32,000 bases of DNA from contig CAZIYE010000001.1 of NCBI GenBank assembly GCA_964543385.1, positions 1 to 32,000 of the forward strand, given 5' to 3'. This stretch comes from an uncultured Candidatus Saccharibacteria bacterium. GTDB lineage: Bacteria; Patescibacteriota; UBA1384; XYA2-FULL-43-10; 1-14-0-10-43-13. The notes under the pieces are model-generated. The model was not told the origin of the DNA, searched no databases, and was given only the letters and a program-made list of their open reading frames with translations. Position numbers and translations under genes: made by a program. Shown in pieces: positions 8,932 to 18,464 of the stretch; within the stretch, counting starts at the first letter, position 1; each line of letters starts with the position of its first letter.

Positions 8932-11900
8932 ATGGCAAATTATGAAATAAAAGATCAAGTAACAGTTTCCGATTTCGAAGCAATTCGAATCTCTGTTGCT
9001 TCTCCAGAAGATATCTTGTCTTGGTCTCATGGCGAGGTTCTAAAACCGGAAACTATTAATTATAGAACACAGAAGCCTGAACGCGATGGTTTATTCTGCG
9101 AAAAAATCTTTGGTCCCACAAAAGACTGGGAATGTTATTGTGGCAAATATAAGAAGATTCGTTATAAAGGAATTATTTGTGATAAATGTGGTGTTGAAGT
9201 GACTCGCTCGGCTGTTCGACGTGTAAGAATGGGACATATTGATCTTTCTGTCCCAGTTTCCCACATCTGGTATTCAAAAGGTTCGTCCAGCGTTGCTGCG
9301 ACAATTCTAAATTTAACTGGTGCAGATATTGAAAAGGTAGCATACTTTGCAAGCTACGTGATTCTTGAAGTTAAGGAAGACTTACAAAAACAAAGCATAG
9401 AAAGTCTTGAGAAGGAATATCAGGAGTATATTGCAGAGGTTAAGGCTGGCGCCGAAGGTACTCCTACTACAGAAATTGATCAGGTATATAAGGAAACAAG
9501 AAGCGAACTTCTATCTCTAGAAGTAGGCAAGATTATTTCAGAACAAGTTTACCGCGAACTAAACCTAAAATATGGACAGATTGTTCGTGTCGGTATCGGC
9601 GCAGAGGCAATTCTTGAGCTCTTAAAAAATGTTGATCTTGCTGCAGAAGCAGAAAAATCCAAAGAAACTTCAAAGAAACAAGCCGGACCAACTCGAGTTA
9701 AAACACTAAAAAGATTGAGAGTCTTGCAGAGCATGCTTACAGCAGGTATAAATCCTGCATGGCTTGTCCTTACAAAGCTTCCAGTTATCCCACCAGATCT
9801 ACGTCCAATGGTTCAACTTGATGGTGGTCGTTTCGCTGCTTCAGACTTGAATGATCTTTATAGAAGAGTTATAAACAGAAACAACCGTTTGAAGAGATTG
9901 CTTTCACAGGGAGCGCCAGAGGTTATTTGTCGAAATGAAAAGAGAATGCTTCAGGAAGCAGTTGATGCTTTAATTGATAATTCTGCAAGAAAAGACAAAA
10001 TAGCTTCAACTACCGGAGGCAAGAGAAAGCTCCGATCTCTTTCGGATATGCTTAGAGGCAAACAAGGACGCTTCCGACAGAATCTTCTCGGTAAACGTGT
10101 TGACTATTCTGGTCGTTCAGTAATTGTCGTTGGCCCAAAACTTAAGCTTCATCAATGTGGCTTACCAAAAGTTATGGCTATGGAATTATTCAAACCGTTT
10201 GTTATAGGCCGTCTTATCGGCGATGGTTATGTTCATAATGTTAAAAATGCAACTAGACTGATAGAAAAAGGTGAATCATTCGTTTGGGACATTCTCGAAG
10301 ATGTTATTAGGGATAAATATGTTCTTCTTAATCGTGCCCCGACTCTTCATAGACTAGGTATCCAAGCTTTTCAACCAGTTTTGATTGAAGGTAAGGCAAT
10401 TCAGATTCATCCATTAGTCTGTTCAGCTTTCAATGCAGACTTTGATGGTGATCAGATGGCTGTTCATCTTCCAATTTCTGACAATGCACAAAAAGAAGCA
10501 AGAGAAATTATGCTGTCTGCACGTAACCTTTTGAAGCCTGCTTCAGGCGATCCAGTAGTAGCTCCTTCTCAGGACATTATTCTTGGCTGTCATTATGTAA
10601 CTATGCTAGAGCCAGGGAAAAATGGGAGTGGTGCAGTATTCTCTTCTGAGAGTCAAGCTGTATCAGCCTATGATTTAGGCAGTCTTGATCTTCAAGCTCC
10701 AATAAAAATTAGACTTTCATCATCAAATGATATCGTCGAAACAACAGTTGGACGAGTTCTGTTCAATGAAATTGTGCCTGAAGGTTATGGTTTTATTAAT
10801 GAAGCTCTTAACAAAAAAGCTATTGGTAAAACAATCGATAACGTTTACAGGGCTTATGGCACAGAAGTAACTGCAAAATTTGTAGATGATATCAAAGATA
10901 TTGGTTTTAAATATGCGCAAAAGTCTGCTATGACTTTTGCTGTAGATGATATTCATATCCCAGAAACTAAGGCTGCTATAATGTCTGAATCAGAAAAGCA
11001 GGTTAAAAGCATCGACAGCCTTTTCTTTAAAGGATTAATCACAGATGATGAGCGTTACAATAAGACCATCGAGGTCTGGATGGGTGCCCAATCGCAGATG
11101 GAAAAAGACATGATGGCAGAGTTTCCAAAAGCAAACGACCTTTATATCATCATGAATTCTGGAGCAAGAGGTAATATCTCTCAGATGACACAGGTTGCTG
11201 CCATGAAAGGTATGGTTGCTGATCCTACAGGCGCTATTATCGAACTTCCAATCAGATCGAACTTTAAAGAAGGTCTTTCAGTTTTTGAATACTTTGTATC
11301 AACTCATGGTTCTAGAAAAGGTCGTGCTGACACCGCTCTTAGAACCTCGGAAGCTGGTTATCTGACCCGTCGTCTTGTAGATGTATCTCAGGATATGGTT
11401 ATTACATCGACTGACTGTGGAACAAAGGCGACTAGGACTATTTCAAAGAAATTCTATGAAGATCTCGGCGAAACTTGGGATAAATATATTCTCAGCAGAA
11501 TACTTGGCAAGGATACTCTCGGTATCAAGGCAGGTTCATTGATAGATAAAGTTGTCTTAGAAAAATTCAACCAAGCAAACCTTGCTGAAGTAGAAATTTT
11601 CTCTTTACTCGGATGTGAAGCTACTCGCGGAGTTTGCCAAAAATGTTATGGCGTAGATCTCGCTACCGGTAAGCCAGTTGAAATAGGTACTGCAGTCGGT
11701 ATTATTGCTGCTCAAGCTATTGGTGAGCCTGGTACACAGCTTACCATGAGAACCTTCCATACTGGTGGTGCTGCTGGTGAGGATATTACAGCCGGTTTGC
11801 CACGTGTTGAAGAACTTTTCGAGGCTAGAGTGCCCAAGAAGCCAGCCATACTTTCTGAGCTAGCAGGCAAGGTCGCTATCAAGAAAAACGATGATAATAC

Positions 11901-12690
11901 CGTGATATTAGTCTCCGGTAAGGGTGAAATACGTGAGGAGATATCAATTGATGCCAGCTTTAATTTCGTTGTTGAAAGCGGATCTGATGTCGTTAAAAAT
12001 CAGACAATCGCTGAATCTAGCGAAACAGGTAAAAAACCGGTAAGAGCAACATTCTCTGGTAAATTCTCTATTCTAAAAGAGAATCGAGGCCTACTTACTG
12101 GAGAAGGACAAACAGAGAAAGAATTTGTTGTTCCAAAAACCACTCAGCTGTTAGTAAAAGAGGGGGATGAGATAATCAAAGGACAAGCACTGACCGAAGG
12201 TCATTATGACCTATCCGCAAGTCTTAGATTAAATGGAACTGCAAAAACACAAAGTCATATTATCAAACAGGTTCAATCTATATATGAGTCACAAGGACAG
12301 GATATCAATGATAAACACATTGAGGTTATTGTTAAGATGATGCATAGCAAAGTCAAGATTATGGAAGCTGGTGATTCTAAATATTTACCAGGACAAGTTA
12401 TTTCCAGAATCGATGTTGCTGAGGTAAATAGATTACTGGCTGCAGAAGGCAAGAAACAAGCCAAATCGGAAGATATGATATTGGGAATCACCCGCGTAGC
12501 TTTGAAGACAGACAGTTTCTTATCAGCTGCCTCATTCCAAGAGACTACCTCAATTCTTATCGATGCTGCTATCTCAGGGAGAATCGATTATCTAAGAGGA
12601 CTAAAGGAAAATGTTATTATAGGTAAACTTATTCCTGCCGGTACAGGCTTCTATAAGGATGCCGAAGAAGAAGTCAACGAAGAAGTATAG
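8932..12690 (+). CDS. rpoC: DNA-directed RNA polymerase beta' subunit
   Basis: The zinc-binding motif CYCGKYKK...CDKCGVEV, the catalytic NADFDGDQMAVH motif and trigger-loop/bridge-helix regions are all present. Confidence 0.98.
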   Translation: MANYEIKDQVTVSDFEAIRISVASPEDILSWSHGEVLKPETINYRTQKPERDGLFCEKIFGPTKDWECYCGKYKKIRYKGIICDKCGVEVTRSAVRRVRMGHIDLSVPVSHIWYSKGSSSVAATILNLTGADIEKVAYFASYVILEVKEDLQKQSIESLEKEYQEYIAEVKAGAEGTPTTEIDQVYKETRSELLSLEVGKIISEQVYRELNLKYGQIVRVGIGAEAILELLKNVDLAAEAEKSKETSKKQAGPTRVKTLKRLRVLQSMLTAGINPAWLVLTKLPVIPPDLRPMVQLDGGRFAASDLNDLYRRVINRNNRLKRLLSQGAPEVICRNEKRMLQEAVDALIDNSARKDKIASTTGGKRKLRSLSDMLRGKQGRFRQNLLGKRVDYSGRSVIVVGPKLKLHQCGLPKVMAMELFKPFVIGRLIGDGYVHNVKNATRLIEKGESFVWDILEDVIRDKYVLLNRAPTLHRLGIQAFQPVLIEGKAIQIHPLVCSAFNADFDGDQMAVHLPISDNAQKEAREIMLSARNLLKPASGDPVVAPSQDIILGCHYVTMLEPGKNGSGAVFSSESQAVSAYDLGSLDLQAPIKIRLSSSNDIVETTVGRVLFNEIVPEGYGFINEALNKKAIGKTIDNVYRAYGTEVTAKFVDDIKDIGFKYAQKSAMTFAVDDIHIPETKAAIMSESEKQVKSIDSLFFKGLITDDERYNKTIEVWMGAQSQMEKDMMAEFPKANDLYIIMNSGARGNISQMTQVAAMKGMVADPTGAIIELPIRSNFKEGLSVFEYFVSTHGSRKGRADTALRTSEAGYLTRRLVDVSQDMVITSTDCGTKATRTISKKFYEDLGETWDKYILSRILGKDTLGIKAGSLIDKVVLEKFNQANLAEVEIFSLLGCEATRGVCQKCYGVDLATGKPVEIGTAVGIIAAQAIGEPGTQLTMRTFHTGGAAGEDITAGLPRVEELFEARVPKKPAILSELAGKVAIKKNDDNTVILVSGKGEIREEISIDASFNFVVESGSDVVKNQTIAESSETGKKPVRATFSGKFSILKENRGLLTGEGQTEKEFVVPKTTQLLVKEGDEIIKGQALTEGHYDLSASLRLNGTAKTQSHIIKQVQSIYESQGQDINDKHIEVIVKMMHSKVKIMEAGDSKYLPGQVISRIDVAEVNRLLAAEGKKQAKSEDMILGITRVALKTDSFLSAASFQETTSILIDAAISGRIDYLRGLKENVIIGKLIPAGTGFYKDAEEEVNEEV

Positions 12691-12693
12691 ACT

Positions 12694-12722
12694 TTGACAA
12701 TACAGTATATTTGTGATAAATT
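12694..12722 (+). promoter_or_regulatory. rpsL promoter TTGACA-17 nt-TAAATT
   Basis: Hexamers at 12694-12699 and 12717-12722, immediately after the rpoC stop. Confidence 0.5.
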
Positions 12723-12805
12723 AACCCAAGTAAATATCAAAAATAAACATTTTTCCTTTGCCAATAAATGGTTAATGGAAAATGATAAATGGAAAATAAA
12801 CGATT

Positions 12806-13219
12806 ATGCCAACAATTAATCAATTAGTAAGACAGGGACGCCAGAAAAACGTAAAAAGGTCAAAGACCACAGCTTTAAAGACCACTTTTAACTATCTTGA
12901 GAACAAACCAGTTAAATTAGGATGCCCTCAAAAAAGAGGTGTTTGCATCAAGGTTGGTACGATGACTCCAAAGAAACCAAACTCAGCTCTTCGAAAATTT
13001 GCCAGAGTCAGACTTACTAATGGTTATGAGGTCAACGCATATATTGGCGGTGAAGGGCATGAACTTCAAGAACACTCAGTTGTAGTAATCAGAGGTGGTC
13101 GCGTAAAGGACCTTCCTGGTATGCGATATCATATTGTGCGCGGTAAGTTAGACCTAACCGGTGTTAAAGGCCGAAAGAAGTCTCGAAGTAAGTACGGTGC
13201 AAAATCAGGTAAAGAATAA
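12806..13219 (+). CDS. rpsL: 30S ribosomal protein S12
   Basis: [12 protein letters not shown]...[10 protein letters not shown]...[10 protein letters not shown] are canonical S12 motifs. Confidence 0.98.
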   Translation: MPTINQLVRQGRQKNVKRSKTTALKTTFNYLENKPVKLGCPQKRGVCIKVGTMTPKKPNSALRKFARVRLTNGYEVNAYIGGEGHELQEHSVVVIRGGRVKDLPGMRYHIVRGKLDLTGVKGRKKSRSKYGAKSGKE

Positions 13220-13301
13220 TAACTAGAATTAAGTTAATAATTAGTAAATCAATAAGTTTGTTTCGATAAGATAACCCCTTATTGTTTGAAAAAAGGAAAC
13301 C

Positions 13302-13778
13302 ATGCCAAGAGGAAATGCACACATTAAAAAGATCCCTATCCTTGCTGATGAGAGATTTCAGAGTATGATCATCTCAAAATTCATGAACTATATCATGTTA
13401 AATGGTAAAAAGACCGTAGCAGAGAGAATAGTTTATGGCGCTCTAGATAAAGCTGTTGAGAAGTTGGGAGGAGAGCATCTAGATGTCTTTAATCAAGCTC
13501 TCAAAAATGTTGGACCACTAGTAGAGGTTAAAAGCAAGAGAATCGGTGGTGCAAACTATCAAGTTCCTATGGAAGTAGATAAAGACAGAAAAAATACACT
13601 CGCAATGAGATGGATCATTGCAGCAGCCAGAGGCGGTAAGGGTCGCCCAATGGCAGAGAAGCTCGCAACAGAGATCGTCAACGCTTACAACGGCGAAGGT
13701 GCAGCTATCAAGAAAAAAGAAGATACGCACCGAATGGCCGAGGCAAACAAAGCTTTCGCTCACTTTGCAAGATTCTAA
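13302..13778 (+). CDS. rpsG: 30S ribosomal protein S7
   Basis: KRIGGANYQVPMEV and the C-terminal HRMAEANKAFAHFR motif are present. The position after rpsL fits. Confidence 0.98.
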   Translation: MPRGNAHIKKIPILADERFQSMIISKFMNYIMLNGKKTVAERIVYGALDKAVEKLGGEHLDVFNQALKNVGPLVEVKSKRIGGANYQVPMEVDKDRKNTLAMRWIIAAARGGKGRPMAEKLATEIVNAYNGEGAAIKKKEDTHRMAEANKAFAHFARF

Positions 13779-13802
13779 TTCAAATACAAAGCTGTATATA
13801 TT

Positions 13803-13832
13803 AAAAAATGACCTGAAACATGGTCATTTTTT
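13803..13832. terminator. Bidirectional intrinsic terminator (AAAAAATGACC-8 nt loop-GGTCATTTTTT)
   Basis: An 11-bp stem has an A-tract on one side and a T-tract on the other. It sits between the convergent rpsG (+) and the orphan gene (-). Confidence 0.7.
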
Positions 13833-13864
13833 AATAATCTATATGCAGTTGATTTTTTCGGGTT

Positions 13865-13893
13865 GCCGAATTGCGATCACATCGCAATTCGGC
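13865..13893. other. Perfect 13-bp palindrome/hairpin GCCGAATTGCGAT-CAC-ATCGCAATTCGGC
   Basis: I read this directly from the sequence. It starts 3 nt beyond the orphan gene's TGA stop and has no U-tract on either strand. Confidence 0.8.
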
Positions 13894-13896
13894 AGG

Positions 13897-14292
13897 TCAT
13901 TGGTCAGTAATCAAAACAGAGACATTCCACGATCCGGGAGTTGCCAGCTTCTTAGGCTGGTACCAGCGTTGAATTTCGCGGTACATTTTAGCAACTACTG
14001 ACTTAGCAGCATTGCGGATGGCAATAGATGGGTTGTAGTCCCATTTACTCTCTAAAACTTTGCCATCTACGCTTTCTATGCTACAGGTGTAAGAATGTAT
14101 CTGATGAGGGCCGACCGAGTCACGTACGTGACATTCGAGGAATACTTTCAAAGACCTTTCGAGAAAGGATCTTTGTAAACCAGGAGCCAATCTCGGTAGA
14201 TATGTTCGTATTGTCATATCATACCTTAACCACTCCTGATCTATTGGACGGATAGTTACTTCAATCCAAGGTATGGTTAACGGTTCAACCAT
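13897..14292 (-). CDS. Orphan hypothetical protein (131 aa from ATG 14292; 153 aa if the TTG at 14358 is used); no recognisable family
   Basis: This is the only long minus-strand ORF not overlapping a plus-strand gene. The ATG at 14290-14292 is preceded by GAGGAG with 6-nt spacing. A TGA stop is followed by two hairpins. Local GC is higher than in the flanking genes. Confidence 0.6.
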   Translation of the reverse strand: MVEPLTIPWIEVTIRPIDQEWLRYDMTIRTYLPRLAPGLQRSFLERSLKVFLECHVRDSVGPHQIHSYTCSIESVDGKVLESKWDYNPSIAIRNAAKSVVAKMYREIQRWYQPKKLATPGSWNVSVLITDQ

Positions 14293-14370
14293 AATCTTCT
14301 CCTCAAACGAGATTGTGCAGAGTTTAGCAAAGTATCTATTTAACCGCAATAGTTTCAATAGGAGATCCTG

Positions 14371-14399
14371 TTGACAGTAACTCTAAAATTAGTTATTAT
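14371..14399 (+). promoter_or_regulatory. fusA promoter TTGACA-17 nt-TATTAT
   Basis: Hexamers at 14371-14376 and 14394-14399. The leader is about 67 nt and ends in a GAGGAA SD. Confidence 0.55.
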
Positions 14400-14472
14400 T
14401 AAGCAGCAAAACGAGGGGAATTTTTTAGTTAGGAAACAAATTGGAATTAATTTAAAAGATCGAGGAATTTAA

Positions 14473-16548
14473 ATGAGTCGAGATTACCCATTAGAAAACG
14501 TGCGTAATATAGGTACTATTGCCCATATTGATGCAGGAAAAACTACTGTTACTGAAGGTATTCTATACACTTCTGGCCGTGTCCATAAAATTGGTGAAGT
14601 TCATGAGGGTGCTGCAACTATGGACTGGATGGAACAAGAGCGTGAACGTGGTATTACTATTACTTCTGCTGCCACTACTTGTTTTTGGAAAAATCATCGC
14701 ATCAATATTATTGATACACCAGGTCACGTAGACTTTACTGTTGAGGTAGAGCGCTCTTTGCGTGTCTTGGATGGTGCTGTTGTTATTTTTGATGGTAAAA
14801 TGGGTGTTGAACCACAGAGCGAGACTGTTTGGAGACAAGCAGACAACTACAAAGTTCCTCGAATGTGCTTTATTAATAAGATCAATCAAACCGGTGGTGA
14901 TTTTTATCGATCTCTTGGTTCTATTCACGCCAGATTGTCGAAAAACGCTTCTCCTATCATGATCCCTATTGGTTTTGAACAATCAATTAATGGAGTAATT
15001 GATTTGGTGCATATGAAGTCGCTTACTTATAGCGAATATAAAGATAAAGCTCTTGTGGAAGGCGAAATTCCTGCAGATATGGTAGAGAAAGCAAACGAAT
15101 GGCGAGAAAAGCTAGTTGAGAAGGTTGTGGAATATGATGATGAAGCTATGGAAAAATATTTGAACGGCGAGGCAATTTCAAATAGTGAGCTCCACATTCT
15201 AGTTCGAAAAGCATGTCTCTCTAGTCAGTTTTATCCAGTGCTTGGTGGCGATGGTCGTGGAATTATCGTTTCGAGTTTGCTTGATTCTATTGTGTCTTAT
15301 CTGCCTTCACCGATTGATATTGATCCAGCTCATGGTATAGATCCAAAAACAGAGGAAGATATCCAGGTAAAACCAATCGATAGCGAGCCATTTGCTGCTC
15401 TTGCGTTTAAGGTTGCAACCGACCCATTTGTTGGTAAACTCATTTTCTTCCGTGTTTATCGCGGTGTACTTAAAAAAGGCTCATATATTTTAAATTCTAC
15501 CTCTGGCGATAAAGAAAGAGTTGGACGTGTTGTTAGACTTCATGCAAATCATCGTGAAGAAGTAGACGAAGTTTATGCAGGTGAAATTGCCGCTGCTGTA
15601 GGTTTGTCAAACACAACCACCGGTGACACGCTTTGCGATCCCTCAAAACCTGTTATCCTTGAGAAAATTGTCTTTCCAGAACCTGTTATCGATATTGCAA
15701 TTGAGCCAAAGACAAAAGCTGATCAGGAAAAAATGGGCATTGCTCTTCAAAGACTTGCTGAAGAAGACCCAACATTCCGAGTCCATAGCGACGAAGAAAC
15801 TGGCCAGACAATTATTGCCGGTATGGGTGAGCTTCATCTAGAAATTATCGTGGATAGGATGAAGAGAGAATTCAAGGTAGAAGCAAATGTTGGTGCTCCT
15901 CAAGTTGCTTACCGCGAAACAATCAAATCAGAAGTTGCATCTGAGGGTAAGTACATCAGACAGACTGGTGGTCGTGGTCAATATGGTCATTGCTTGCTTA
16001 GGATTAAACCAAGTGAACAGGGCCAGGGATTTGTATTTATTAACTCTATTGTTGGTGGTTCTATTCCAAGAGAATATATAAAGCCTATTGAAGAAGGTAT
16101 CAAAGAAGCAATGGCCAGAGGTGTCATCGCTAGTTATCCCGTAGTAGATGTCTCTGTTGAGGTTTATGACGGATCATTTCATGAAGTTGACTCTTCCGAA
16201 ATGGCTTTCAAAATTGCTGGCTCAATGGCTTTTCAAGATGGTTTCAAAAAGGCTAATCCTGTTATTCTAGAGCCTATTATGAAGGTAGAGGTTACAACGC
16301 CAGAAGATTTTATGGGTGATGTTATCGGCGATCTTAACTCGAAACGTGGCCAAATTAATAAGATGGAAGATTTGCCAAGTGGAATTAAGCTAATTAGTGC
16401 CTTCGTTCCTCTTGGATCAATGTTTGGCTATACAACAAGCTTGAGATCAATGTCCCAAGGACGAGCTGCATCTTCAATGGAGTTCGCTCACTATGCAGAA
16501 GTCCCAGGCAATGTAACCAAAGAGATTATTGAAAAGAGAAGCAAATAA
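14473..16548 (+). CDS. fusA: Elongation factor G
   Basis: [17 protein letters not shown] and NKIN G-motifs are present, along with full EF-G domains II-V. Confidence 0.98.
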   Translation: MSRDYPLENVRNIGTIAHIDAGKTTVTEGILYTSGRVHKIGEVHEGAATMDWMEQERERGITITSAATTCFWKNHRINIIDTPGHVDFTVEVERSLRVLDGAVVIFDGKMGVEPQSETVWRQADNYKVPRMCFINKINQTGGDFYRSLGSIHARLSKNASPIMIPIGFEQSINGVIDLVHMKSLTYSEYKDKALVEGEIPADMVEKANEWREKLVEKVVEYDDEAMEKYLNGEAISNSELHILVRKACLSSQFYPVLGGDGRGIIVSSLLDSIVSYLPSPIDIDPAHGIDPKTEEDIQVKPIDSEPFAALAFKVATDPFVGKLIFFRVYRGVLKKGSYILNSTSGDKERVGRVVRLHANHREEVDEVYAGEIAAAVGLSNTTTGDTLCDPSKPVILEKIVFPEPVIDIAIEPKTKADQEKMGIALQRLAEEDPTFRVHSDEETGQTIIAGMGELHLEIIVDRMKREFKVEANVGAPQVAYRETIKSEVASEGKYIRQTGGRGQYGHCLLRIKPSEQGQGFVFINSIVGGSIPREYIKPIEEGIKEAMARGVIASYPVVDVSVEVYDGSFHEVDSSEMAFKIAGSMAFQDGFKKANPVILEPIMKVEVTTPEDFMGDVIGDLNSKRGQINKMEDLPSGIKLISAFVPLGSMFGYTTSLRSMSQGRAASSMEFAHYAEVPGNVTKEIIEKRSK

Positions 16549-16561
16549 GCAAGGATTACTC

Positions 16562-16590
16562 TTGCAATAAACCAGTAAATTTGTTATAAT
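16562..16590 (+). promoter_or_regulatory. tuf promoter TTGCAA-17 nt-TATAAT
   Basis: Hexamers at 16562-16567 and 16585-16590. The leader is about 105 nt and ends in an AAGGAGA SD. Confidence 0.55.
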
Positions 16591-16703
16591 TGCCAATGAG
16601 AAAAGAATCAGTACCGAATTATTTTCGAACAAGGCAATTAGCTCATAGTTTCAAAAGGTAATTTTTAACTTTTAGTTTTAGATAAGTAAGAAGGAGAATT
16701 AAA

Positions 16704-17879
16704 ATGGCAGAAATGTTTAAAAGAACTAAGCCACACGTAAACATTGGCACTATCGGTCACGTTGACCATGGTAAAACCACCCTAACTGCAGCAATTACAA
16801 ATGTACTTGCTAAAAAGGGTATGGCTACAGCACGAAAATTTGATGAAATTGACAATGCTCCTGAAGAGAAAGAGCGCGGTATTACTATTGCGACTTCTCA
16901 CCAAGAGTATGAGACCGCAAAGAGACACTATGCTCATGTAGACTGTCCAGGGCATGCTGACTATGTTAAAAATATGATTACTGGTGCTGCACAGATGGAC
17001 GGTGCAATCTTGGTAGTTGCTGCGACTGATGGCCCTATGCCTCAGACTCGCGAGCACATCCTTTTGGCAAATCAAATCGGCGTACCTGCAATTGTTGTTT
17101 ATTTGAACAAATGCGATATGGTTGATGACGAAGAGCTTATTGACCTTGTAGAAATGGAAGTTAGAGAACTTCTTACTAAATATGAATTTGATGGTGACAA
17201 TACTAAGATCATCCGTGGTTCAGCATTGAAAGCTCTTGAAGGTGATGCTAAATGGGAAAAGTCAATTGACGAGCTTATGGATGCTGTTGATGAGTCAATC
17301 CCAGAGCCAAAACGTGTTCTAGACAAGCCATTTCTTATGCCTGTTGAGGATGTATTCTCAATCAAAGGCCGAGGAACTGTGGCTACTGGTAGAATCGAGC
17401 AAGGCGTAGTCAAGGTTGGCGAGACTGTTGAAATCGTCGGAATACGAAAAACTTCAACTACAGTAGTAACTGGTGTTGAGATGTTTAAAAAACAACTTGA
17501 TCAAGGTCAAGCTGGTGATAATGTAGGTCTTCTTCTTCGTGGTATCGAGCGCGATGATATCGAGAGAGGTCAAGTTCTTGCAAAACCAGGATCAATCACT
17601 CCTCATACTGAATTTGAAGCAAACATTTATGCTTTGACAAAAGAGGAAGGTGGCCGACACACTCCATTTTTCAAAGGTTACAAACCACAGTTCTATATTA
17701 GAACAACTGACGTTACTGGTGATATTGAGTTTGAGCAAGAGATGATCATGCCTGGCGATAATGCCGCTGTGAAAGTCAAACTGATCCAACCAATTGCTAT
17801 GGACGAAGGTCTAAAGTTCGCTATCCGTGAAGGTGGCCGAACTGTTGGTGCTGGTGTAGTAGCAAAAATTATCAAATAA
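16704..17879 (+). CDS. tuf: Elongation factor Tu
   Basis: [18 protein letters not shown] and NKCD motifs are present. The length is 391 aa. Confidence 0.99.
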   Translation: MAEMFKRTKPHVNIGTIGHVDHGKTTLTAAITNVLAKKGMATARKFDEIDNAPEEKERGITIATSHQEYETAKRHYAHVDCPGHADYVKNMITGAAQMDGAILVVAATDGPMPQTREHILLANQIGVPAIVVYLNKCDMVDDEELIDLVEMEVRELLTKYEFDGDNTKIIRGSALKALEGDAKWEKSIDELMDAVDESIPEPKRVLDKPFLMPVEDVFSIKGRGTVATGRIEQGVVKVGETVEIVGIRKTSTTVVTGVEMFKKQLDQGQAGDNVGLLLRGIERDDIERGQVLAKPGSITPHTEFEANIYALTKEEGGRHTPFFKGYKPQFYIRTTDVTGDIEFEQEMIMPGDNAAVKVKLIQPIAMDEGLKFAIREGGRTVGAGVVAKIIK

Positions 17880-17908
17880 GCTGTAAGCAGTAAGAAACAA
17901 GCAAAAAA

Positions 17909-18235
17909 ATGTCAGCAGAAAAGACCGCAGTACGACAAAAAATTCGAATACGCCTAAAGGCTTATGATCATCGAATTATCGATAAGTCAGCCCAGCAAAT
18001 TATTGAGACAGCAGTCCGATCAGGAGCTGCAGTTGCAGGGCCAATTCCTCTACCTACAGAGAAGAGCAAGATCACAGTTCTTAAATCTCCTCATGTATAC
18101 AAGGATGCTAGAGAGCAGTTTGAGATGAGAACTCATAAGAGACTCATTGATATCTTAAACCCAACCTCGAAGACAATCGATAATCTTATGGGATTAGACT
18201 TGCCTCATGGTGTTGACATAGAAATAAAGATGTAA
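17909..18235 (+). CDS. rpsJ: 30S ribosomal protein S10
   Basis: [20 protein letters not shown]...PLPTEK...[23 protein letters not shown] is canonical S10. The start is only 29 nt after tuf. Confidence 0.98.
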   Translation: MSAEKTAVRQKIRIRLKAYDHRIIDKSAQQIIETAVRSGAAVAGPIPLPTEKSKITVLKSPHVYKDAREQFEMRTHKRLIDILNPTSKTIDNLMGLDLPHGVDIEIKM

Positions 18236-18240
18236 CTATA

Positions 18241-18298
18241 GTTCAGAGTCAGGAGCTAAGAAACCAGAGGATTATCCTCGGATCTCTTAGCTCTGAAC
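18241..18298 (+). other. 58-nt imperfect hairpin at the start of the rpsJ-rplC spacer
   Basis: GTTCAG[AGTCAGG]AGCTAAG pairs with CTTAGCTCTGAAC. An inner CC/GG stem and a GAGGA-TTA-TCCTC stem-loop lie inside. There is no trailing U-tract. Confidence 0.6.
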
Positions 18299-18315
18299 AC
18301 TCAACTATTGAGACG

Positions 18316-18344
18316 TTGACTTTTCGAGTCAAATGTAGTAAATT
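18316..18344 (+). promoter_or_regulatory. Candidate rplC-cluster promoter TTGACT-17 nt-TAAATT
   Basis: Hexamers at 18316-18321 and 18339-18344. The -35 is part of a small TTGACT/AGTCAA hairpin. Confidence 0.4.
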
Positions 18345-18464
18345 TATACTGTTGTTTGAATAAAACTCAGTAAACAAGTCATGGATATCGTCTCGGCTGC
18401 TTGATCAGACGGATGGATCTACGACCATTATAGTTTTGTAGCAATTTGTAATTATAAATATCAC

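Noticed and set aside
13618-14001. 127-aa plus-strand ORF running from inside rpsG into the rpsG-fusA gap
   Set aside because: Its first half is an alternative frame of the well-supported rpsG. It runs straight through the terminator hairpins. It has no RBS.
14028-14255. 75-aa plus-strand ORF antisense to the orphan gene
   Set aside because: It has no SD or promoter context and is shorter than the minus-strand ORF. The minus-strand ORF has a GAGGAG-ATG start and a terminator. I cannot fully exclude it without expression data.
14293-14358. TTG start (track coordinate 14358) for the orphan gene
   Set aside because: No purine-rich RBS precedes the TTG, whereas the internal ATG at 14292 has GAGGAG at ideal spacing. 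I keep it as an alternative 153-aa model.
13833-14472. Flanking direct or inverted repeats that would mark the orphan cassette as a mobile element
   Set aside because: The only shared flank motif I found is ATTTTTTA (near 13826 and 14421). It is low-complexity, and no transposase or integrase is present. The evidence is insufficient to call a mobile element.
18241-18298. Reading the rpsJ-downstream hairpin as a simple intrinsic terminator
   Set aside because: No U-tract follows it (the next bases are ACTCAACTATTGAG). I report it as a structured element of unknown role instead.
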